Below are positions 24,919-31,692 of a stretch of 33,301 bases of DNA, piece by piece. The stretch comes from a virus, in the IMG/VR virus record IMGVR_UViG_3300021476_000002, positions 80,578 to 113,878 of that record; one strand, written 5' to 3'. The position numbers were made by a program, and so were the translations under genes. The notes below the pieces were generated by a model. It saw only the letters and a list, made by a program, of their open reading frames with translations. It did not search any database and had not been told where the DNA came from. Within the stretch, counting starts at the first letter, position 1. Every line of letters starts with the position of its first letter.

Positions 24919-26898
24919 ATGTGGGAAGTCAGCGATTCTGAAATCGCAGACCGAGTAGCCAAGAAGGGTTGGCTACAAAAGCGCAAGAAGGCGCTGGCCG
25001 AAATGATGTCCAGTATGCGCGAGGATTGGCGCGAGTTCGATGAGGCGCGTGGTGCCAAGCGACTTGCTGATCTGAAGAAAATCGTAAACGACAAGCAGCA
25101 CGGTAAGGTTGATGGTCACCCGATGGACTTGTATAGCGCAGCGGCAATTCTTGCTGTTCACAATGAATTGTCTCCAGAGAACAGAAAGAAGTTTCTTGCG
25201 ATGCCCGTGCCGAAGATGCATGAAGCGACGTTCAAGTTGCTTGCCAGTCAGTCCAAGGAGACCGCCGAGTCTATGCGCGAGGATTGGTCCGAGTTCGATA
25301 ACGAGCGTGCCGCTGCGGCGTATAAAAGATCAGGGGCAAAAAGTGCGATGACTACTTTTCATGACCCAATTACGCAGCGTGGATATATGATGGTTCGTAT
25401 TGGTGGTTTTTCTAACGATAAGCAGGTTGCGAGTTTTCAGAATGACATGAAACGGTTAGGGTATCCTACGTATGCTGGACATAATTTGTCTGGACGTTTT
25501 GTAGATGTTAGTCATTCTAAGGTGATTGGGACACAGTTGAGGTTGCCAATGGAGTCCATGCGCGAGGACTGGACGGCTTTCGATGCGGCGCGGTCTTCGG
25601 GCCGTGTGAAGTATCAGACTGGCCCTAAGAATAAGAAATTTGGTGGATGGTATCGGCATACCAAAGTGTTGGTTGATGGCAAGAATATCGGTACTATTCA
25701 GGATAGGAGCCGTGGCCAGACAACTACCCTTAGCCCGGACCATAAAACGGCGGTAATGGGCCGTGATGAAAATTGGTTGATGAAGAACTATGGTCCGCAG
25801 GCTAAGCAGCGCGAAGCCGAGATTGGTTCGCCGTCGTGGCGTACTCCTTCCGATAAGGAAGAGCAGAGCAGTACAGACGTAGACCGCGCTATCAGTTTGG
25901 ACAAGACCGGAGGGCATTGGGTTACAGTAGGGAATCATCATTTTTGGATGAAGGATTTCCAGTCAGCGCGAAATCTCGTCAAAGCCCCCTCGAAGGATAA
26001 GGCTGAAGCCTTGATGGCGGCACAGATGTTGACCAGTAAGGGCGCGTCCATGTCGGATGTGCAGGGTCCGACCGTTCAGGACGCCGCGAAGCATCTTAGC
26101 GATAACGGCGTTGTTGCGGTTGAGCGCGTCGTGCAGGGACAGGAAAAGGGAACTGGTGATTTGGTCTACACGGCGCACGCCAAGATGGAGCAGGCACCGG
26201 AGCCAACAGCGAAGCCGGGAGACGTAGCGGGACAGCCGCGTGGCCAGCAGCCTGTTGTGCCACAGCAGGACGTGCGTGCCGGTGGGTTGCCGAGGCCAGC
26301 GGCGGGAACAGGTTCGGCATTGCCGAGTACGGCGGGCTTGGCCGGAATGGCGCGTCAGAAGTTTCAGAAGCCTGGACAGCGAGGTGGCGGCGGCGTGCAT
26401 ATCCATTTGGCGGGTGAGTCTATGCGTGAGAAAGGCCCAAGCCACACGCATGTGCGCGGTCACGGCGGCGAGAAGCACACGTTTATCAGACAGACCGATA
26501 GGCCAGATATGCCGAAGCCGGGGAAGATGCTGAAGCGCAAGCCGTGGCAGAAGATAGGAATTGATGAGGCGTTGCCGTGGGATGGGCCGCATGGTGTGTC
26601 TGGTCAAGATAAATCTTTGACGGCGCGTGAAGCGATGCGCGATGCTGGAAATGTAATTGCATTGCGTGAAGATTGGAAACCTTGGGATGATATGCGCCGA
26701 ACTGTAACAGGCAAGAAATCAACACGAGCGCCGGAGGATATCAAGACCTCATATGTGCCCGGAAAGAGCGGGGACGTATTGCGGTATAGTGCTGGTGGTA
26801 AGCCACACCTCTCTACGGTTGGAGGGAAGACCGTAAAGGTGTCGGGATGGGAGAAAGAGCGTGAGGGACGTGGACGGAAGGCTGCCGAAATAAGGTAA
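24919..26898 (+). CDS. Modular putative internal-head protein with repeated (E/S)SMREDW boundaries
   Basis: AGGAG RBS. SMREDW x3 (25015, 25273, 25558), ESMREK (26416), ALREDW (26659) and HWVTVG (25915). Confidence 0.8.
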   Translation: MWEVSDSEIADRVAKKGWLQKRKKALAEMMSSMREDWREFDEARGAKRLADLKKIVNDKQHGKVDGHPMDLYSAAAILAVHNELSPENRKKFLAMPVPKMHEATFKLLASQSKETAESMREDWSEFDNERAAAAYKRSGAKSAMTTFHDPITQRGYMMVRIGGFSNDKQVASFQNDMKRLGYPTYAGHNLSGRFVDVSHSKVIGTQLRLPMESMREDWTAFDAARSSGRVKYQTGPKNKKFGGWYRHTKVLVDGKNIGTIQDRSRGQTTTLSPDHKTAVMGRDENWLMKNYGPQAKQREAEIGSPSWRTPSDKEEQSSTDVDRAISLDKTGGHWVTVGNHHFWMKDFQSARNLVKAPSKDKAEALMAAQMLTSKGASMSDVQGPTVQDAAKHLSDNGVVAVERVVQGQEKGTGDLVYTAHAKMEQAPEPTAKPGDVAGQPRGQQPVVPQQDVRAGGLPRPAAGTGSALPSTAGLAGMARQKFQKPGQRGGGGVHIHLAGESMREKGPSHTHVRGHGGEKHTFIRQTDRPDMPKPGKMLKRKPWQKIGIDEALPWDGPHGVSGQDKSLTAREAMRDAGNVIALREDWKPWDDMRRTVTGKKSTRAPEDIKTSYVPGKSGDVLRYSAGGKPHLSTVGGKTVKVSGWEKEREGRGRKAAEIR

Positions 26899-26921
26899 AA
26901 GTATATCGGAGGTTTCACCTA

Positions 26922-28091
26922 ATGGGCAAAATCCACGGTCTTCGAGAATCAACGTTGGTGGCGCGGCTTGCTCATAACATGCGTGAGCAGATCGCCAAGA
27001 AGCGACAGATGCTTGAGGCCGCAAGGGAAGACATTCGCAAACTACGCGGCAAGCGGCAGCGACAGGAAGAGTATGGTGACGTAGAATATACACGTCGTTT
27101 CGGTATGGACGACGTAGGCCCGAAGGGGCTTGGCCGTGTTCGTGCTGGTGCGCCATTGAATCCCGAGTCAGAGACAGAGGATTGGTCTCCTTGGGATGTC
27201 GCACGTAAGGCTACCGGAAAGAGGGTCACGGTTGCGAAGCCGGGTGTGTCGGCTGTACGGCCACGCGCCGAGGCGGAAGACATGGGCCACCCAGAGATGC
27301 GGAAGAATATTGGTAAGCATCCTGCATTCTTGAAGCACAAGGGTAAGGTTCATCTTCAGGGTGAAGGCGCGGCGGGGGCGGGTACTCTTCCGCCAGACAA
27401 ACTTCGTCAGAGGCAAAGCGGCGGTGGGTCGGCGGGCGATGCTCCACACCCAGGAATGCTTGAGAAGGAGCGTCAGTTTGACCCCAATGTCGGAGGCGGT
27501 GTAGACCGCGACAAGGTTCCTTCTAAGGACTTTGCGGGCAGAAAGCGGTCGTTCCCGATTGTGTCACCAGAAGATGTGTCGCACGCGGCGAAGAGTATTG
27601 GCCGCGCCAGGAATCAGGACCCTGCGAAAATCAAGCGGAATATCAAGAGCATTGCGAAGCGAAAGGGACCGGCGTTCGTGAAGCGGCTGCCAAAGTCCTA
27701 CAAGGACAACGGTTTTGAAGAGCAGGGCGATGATTTTTCTGGTTCGACGGCAGTAGACCACACCGCTACGGTTGGGCAGAAAGAAGTAAGTCCTCCTGGG
27801 TGGAGCGGGACTACTAAGGCCATGAAGGCACATCCCAAGATTTCTAACCCGTGGGCCTTGGCGTGGTGGATGAAGGGCAAGGGCGACAAGCCGCATTATC
27901 CGCCAGAGAAAAAGAAGAAGGGTGAGCGTGAGGCGAACACCAGTTCGGGCTTGGCGCAGTTGACACGGTACAGAGCAGAGGCGTTGCCGAACCTTCAGAA
28001 TCCGGCAGACCGTATGGCGACGTTGGCATTACAGCGGAGACAGCGGGCGGGGACAGGAGCGGCGTTGGGAATCTTCAACGCGAGGAGATAG
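26922..28091 (+). CDS. Modular putative head protein with DUF6582-like domain
   Basis: GGAGGT RBS. RDKVPSKDFAGRKRSFPI..VSHAAKSIGRA..IKRNIKSIAKRKG; EVSPPGWSGTTKAMK..ISNPWALAWWMK; EDWSPWDVAR. Confidence 0.78.
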   Translation: MGKIHGLRESTLVARLAHNMREQIAKKRQMLEAAREDIRKLRGKRQRQEEYGDVEYTRRFGMDDVGPKGLGRVRAGAPLNPESETEDWSPWDVARKATGKRVTVAKPGVSAVRPRAEAEDMGHPEMRKNIGKHPAFLKHKGKVHLQGEGAAGAGTLPPDKLRQRQSGGGSAGDAPHPGMLEKERQFDPNVGGGVDRDKVPSKDFAGRKRSFPIVSPEDVSHAAKSIGRARNQDPAKIKRNIKSIAKRKGPAFVKRLPKSYKDNGFEEQGDDFSGSTAVDHTATVGQKEVSPPGWSGTTKAMKAHPKISNPWALAWWMKGKGDKPHYPPEKKKKGEREANTSSGLAQLTRYRAEALPNLQNPADRMATLALQRRQRAGTGAALGIFNARR

Positions 28092-28094
28092 AGA

Positions 28095-28262
28095 ATGCCT
28101 ATTCTTTCGGAATCCCTTAAGGCTTCTCCTGATATAACCGGAGATTCCTTGGTTATTGATGCGGTGATGGTTGTTAACTCAAGGGCGCTAAGTCAATCGG
28201 TTGTATCGAACGAAGCAGTAGCAATGCCAGATATCACAGGCGAAAGCCTAAGAGGAGCGTAG
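28095..28262 (+). CDS. 55-aa hypothetical protein with PDITG(D/E)SL repeat
   Basis: GAGGAG RBS; fills the gap almost exactly; hand translated. Confidence 0.55.
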   Translation: MPILSESLKASPDITGDSLVIDAVMVVNSRALSQSVVSNEAVAMPDITGESLRGA

Positions 28263-28264
28263 TC

Positions 28265-28639
28265 ATGTCTAGGTTTATAGACCCGGCAGTCAGTCGTCCA
28301 GCGGGAGTAACGCTTGCCTACAGCGGCAAGATTGTAGACGAATTCGGTGCCGCAATTGGTTCGGCGAGAATGACGACCCTGGTTATGACGTTGTATGAGG
28401 ATGTTGCGTTGTATCCAATCGTACATGCCCGCGATCACGTGAGCGAATTAAATACCGACATTGGGACACTAGACGTTAACGGGAATCTCGTGATTGAGTT
28501 GACGGCAGCGGACATGGTTCTTCTTGGTGCGGGTCCGACCGAGAACCACGTGATGCTTCTGGAGTGGACGTATGATACAGGCTCGAAGGCGGGGAATCAC
28601 GAGGTTCAGTTTACGGTAGCGACAATCCACAGACTATAA
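28265..28639 (+). CDS. Beta-sandwich virion-type protein (BppU/Ig-like)
   Basis: GAGGAG RBS; beta-rich pattern GNLVIELTAADM..LLEWTY..EVQFTV. Confidence 0.55.
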   Translation: MSRFIDPAVSRPAGVTLAYSGKIVDEFGAAIGSARMTTLVMTLYEDVALYPIVHARDHVSELNTDIGTLDVNGNLVIELTAADMVLLGAGPTENHVMLLEWTYDTGSKAGNHEVQFTVATIHRL

Positions 28640-28665
28640 GGGATTGGCGCAAGGAGTAGGAAGAC

Positions 28666-29514
28666 ATGGCTTGGGCAACACTTGGAGACGGACGCCATAT
28701 ATTTTTCGGGGATAAAGATGAATTCCCCGGAAAGATCAATGATAGGCGTCGGTCTAAGTTGGTTAGTCAGGCTAAGTCCGCCGCAAAAGGAGCGGGCTAT
28801 AAGGTTCGTGACACCAAGCGAGGCACGAACGATAGGCATTTGAATTTCACTCACCCGAATGGCCATAAGTTTTCTGTGTGGTTTCCAAAGGATGGGCGAG
28901 TGAATACGTATCATGTAGGCAGCGGGACGCGGGTTCCAGCGGATGAGGCAGACCTTGCGGATGCCGTTACGGGGATGAACAAGGGTTTTAATTTCAGTAC
29001 GCATGGAGTTCGTAAAGGCCAGGAGGCTATGTTTGCTTTGAAGGCTGAGCACATAGCGGCTCGGTTGGTGGAACGTGGACGGCGGCGAGTTCGTGAAGGG
29101 TGGGTTACTTTTGGAGGCCATCGGTTTCTAATTAACGATGATGAGAAAGCCAAGAAAGTTTCTAATCGGATGAAGAATGAGCCAGGATATGGTCATTCTA
29201 TGAGGATTGCGGCGCAGACGCTACACATGCCTGCGCCGATTGCTGGTGTGATGGGCGGTCCATCACAGGATTCGGCACGCGAACAATTAGCCGGGGAAGG
29301 TGTCTCGATGATTAAGAATCCCCAGGGACACCTTGTGGATATTTCTTCGAGCGGTAAACAGCATTGGCCAGGGCCTGGAGGGCAGTATGGTCCTGGTGGA
29401 ACGTCTGGTGTTATGAATCCGAAGGCACCAAGCACTAGACCAGAGGGCACGCGGTGGCAGGATATGCCAGGGCGAACGGGCTTAAAAGGGTTGCCGGGCA
29501 GTAAGCAGGCGTAG
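28666..29514 (+). CDS. Modular putative internal-head protein (possible HicA-like domain plus WVT-repeat domain)
   Basis: MAWATLGDGRHIFF; AEHIAARLVERGRRRVREGWVTFGGHRFLI. Confidence 0.75.
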   Translation: MAWATLGDGRHIFFGDKDEFPGKINDRRRSKLVSQAKSAAKGAGYKVRDTKRGTNDRHLNFTHPNGHKFSVWFPKDGRVNTYHVGSGTRVPADEADLADAVTGMNKGFNFSTHGVRKGQEAMFALKAEHIAARLVERGRRRVREGWVTFGGHRFLINDDEKAKKVSNRMKNEPGYGHSMRIAAQTLHMPAPIAGVMGGPSQDSAREQLAGEGVSMIKNPQGHLVDISSSGKQHWPGPGGQYGPGGTSGVMNPKAPSTRPEGTRWQDMPGRTGLKGLPGSKQA

Positions 29515-31029
29515 ATGTCTCATGCAATCGAGATTGCCGAGAGAATAACCTCGAAGCGGCCAATCAGGGAATTATTTCCCGTTGCGCCTGCCGGTACTGC
29601 GGTTCATTGGATTACTCTCCAAAATGGTTACCACGTAAGGGTGAAGGATAAGTCAACAGAGAAGCGGGTTGAGCGTTACGCCGACCCGTTGAAGCACGTT
29701 GGAGACACAGATCATTTGATGAATCTTGCGTTGAAGCGCGGAGCCGCGATGGTTCATGGTGCTGCGCCACAGAAAGGAGTAAAGGTTAAAGACGCTGATG
29801 CTGCCGCGAAGGCATTGGATTCGTTTGGAGTAACGCATGTAAAAAGCCCCGAAGGAAAGATTTTGGATGTTGGTCCGCACGGCGTGGGTACACAGAAGAT
29901 CAAGCCGAAAGTAATGCAGCGCGAAGCCGACGACGACGCAATGTTGAATGATGGACCGGTGATGTCTGCACCGGCGCGGCGTGGCCGTCCTGTTAGTATT
30001 GCTGGTGACCCTCGCGGAGAGTATCAAGTGAAGAGTCAGCCGAAATTGAATTTTGCAGCGTCTCGTGATTTCCCGGACCAAGTTGGGAATTACTATACGG
30101 CGTGGCCGAAGGGACCAGGAAAGCACATGGAAGCGCGTGTAGCATCCTGGAAACAAGCCAAACAAACATTTTTCACAAGTTATGGTCAGCGGGCTATTGA
30201 TCTTGGAAAGAAGTTATTTGGCGACGAGTGGACGCCAGAAAATACGCGACTCGCGCAAATGAATACGATTGGTAAATCCCTTGAAGAACAAGACGCTAAT
30301 AAACGTGGGGGGTCTGAAAAGAATGAGTACGAGCACCTGATGAGCGACTTAGACAGGCCGACGAAGGATATCCTGAAGCACCTCGCTGACGTTCACGGGG
30401 TCACGGACCCGCCGAAAGCGAGGAAGGGGTACGAGAAAGAGGTGGCCATTGGCAAGCACGAGTCTGTTCACAGGATGGACGCGGGAGGGATAGGCCATGA
30501 CAAGACCGGGGCCGCGACGTTCGAGAAGAAAGAACCGGCTGTGCATTTCATTACCTACGATGGCCGTGTAATTCCTCTTCGGGAGTCTTTGCGAGAAGTC
30601 AAGAAGGTTAATCTCGGTGGAGGCACGGCTGTGGCGATTCGCACGGATAAATACGCGGAGCGTATTCATAAAGACCCAAAATGGCGCGATGGCGTAAGGA
30701 AGTTGGTGCATCGTACTAGAACAGGCGCTTCTCGTGGTGACAGGCAGCAAGCAGGAAAGCAGTTAAATCAGTTGGGCGTGAAGGGTTCGTCTCATTGGCA
30801 AGATAAACTCTTTGAAGATTGGGCCGATTGGGATGCGAGTCGTGTGTCGAACCGGCACAAGGCTGAGGTGGTTGACTTGTACCATCAGTCGCGGACGAAA
30901 TTGGCAGGCACAACGCAGGGCTTGACGCGAAGCGGGCGCATACGGTGGGTGGCAGATCAGTTAGCAAATAAGTACCAGATGCACCCTTCCGTAGCGTATG
31001 TTGTGGCGGACCAAGCCACGAGGGTATAA
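29515..31029 (+). CDS. Modular putative internal-head protein
   Basis: IAERITSKRPIRE, HWITLQNG, HFITYDGRVIPLRESLRE and EDWADWDASR motifs. Confidence 0.78.
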   Translation: MSHAIEIAERITSKRPIRELFPVAPAGTAVHWITLQNGYHVRVKDKSTEKRVERYADPLKHVGDTDHLMNLALKRGAAMVHGAAPQKGVKVKDADAAAKALDSFGVTHVKSPEGKILDVGPHGVGTQKIKPKVMQREADDDAMLNDGPVMSAPARRGRPVSIAGDPRGEYQVKSQPKLNFAASRDFPDQVGNYYTAWPKGPGKHMEARVASWKQAKQTFFTSYGQRAIDLGKKLFGDEWTPENTRLAQMNTIGKSLEEQDANKRGGSEKNEYEHLMSDLDRPTKDILKHLADVHGVTDPPKARKGYEKEVAIGKHESVHRMDAGGIGHDKTGAATFEKKEPAVHFITYDGRVIPLRESLREVKKVNLGGGTAVAIRTDKYAERIHKDPKWRDGVRKLVHRTRTGASRGDRQQAGKQLNQLGVKGSSHWQDKLFEDWADWDASRVSNRHKAEVVDLYHQSRTKLAGTTQGLTRSGRIRWVADQLANKYQMHPSVAYVVADQATRV

Positions 31030-31571
31030 TGGCAAGAGATCATTTGAGTGTTAGCGTAGCGGACCATCTAGCATGGAGAATCGTAGAAGAGCATCGTATG
31101 CGTGAGCAGCGTGGCGGATGGCGTTCGCGTCCCGGTCATTACAAGCCCCTTGGGCCTGGAGGCTTGCCGAAATTCAAGGAGGAACCAATGGAGCATTGGG
31201 TGACGCTGAAGAACGGTTATCGTATTCAAGTTAAGGACTTTCAACACGGTGAACAACTCAAACAATACGATGAGAAGTTCGCTCATCCTCGCGCAAGTAG
31301 TAAGGGTGCGGGGCCTATTGCGTATGCGGCGCGAGATGCTTTTGAGGATAATAGTCCTGTAGCACATATAATGTTGGCGGCGCACGGAATCACAAGGGTG
31401 GCTAATCCTGGTGGTACTGGAGATTCAAGAGCAAAAGATGTACAACCGTTGCCGTCAGGGATGAAGCCATTTGATATAGCGGCGCACACTAAGCCGGTGC
31501 CAGACGTGAAGGATATAGCCGCGAGGATTCGCAAGGGATTATACGACCCAAGGGTTGACTCCAAGAGTTAA
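31029..31571 (+). CDS. Putative internal-head protein with HWVT-repeat domain
   Basis: GAGG RBS with TAATG overlap; HLAWRIVEEHRMRE, EHWVTLKNGYRIQVKD. Confidence 0.75.
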   Translation: MARDHLSVSVADHLAWRIVEEHRMREQRGGWRSRPGHYKPLGPGGLPKFKEEPMEHWVTLKNGYRIQVKDFQHGEQLKQYDEKFAHPRASSKGAGPIAYAARDAFEDNSPVAHIMLAAHGITRVANPGGTGDSRAKDVQPLPSGMKPFDIAAHTKPVPDVKDIAARIRKGLYDPRVDSKS

Positions 31572-31583
31572 GCACGCTATACT
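31555..31583 (+). promoter_or_regulatory. sigma70/sigmaA-type promoter
   Basis: TTGACT-N17-TATACT; each box is one mismatch from consensus. Confidence 0.7.
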
Positions 31584-31641
31584 TGATATTACATAATCCA
31601 TTCGGGCCACCTTTCGAGGGGCACAATAACAAGTATAATCT

Positions 31642-31672
31642 GGGGCGGGCGTGGGCCGCCCCTTTTTCTTTT
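31642..31672 (+). terminator. Intrinsic terminator
   Basis: GGGGCGG/CCGCCCC stem followed by TTTTTCTTTT. Confidence 0.8.
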
Positions 31673-31692
31673 GTGGGTAAGAATCATATGAG

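Noticed and set aside
25384-25475. SPOR-like motif YMMVRIGGFSNDKQVASFQNDMKRLGY
   Set aside because: Only a half-repeat resemblance; too weak to call without a profile search.
25008-25592. Three ~40-bp direct repeats as a CRISPR array
   Set aside because: Spacing is ~260-285 bp, the repeats are in frame and vary like coding sequence, and no cas genes are present.
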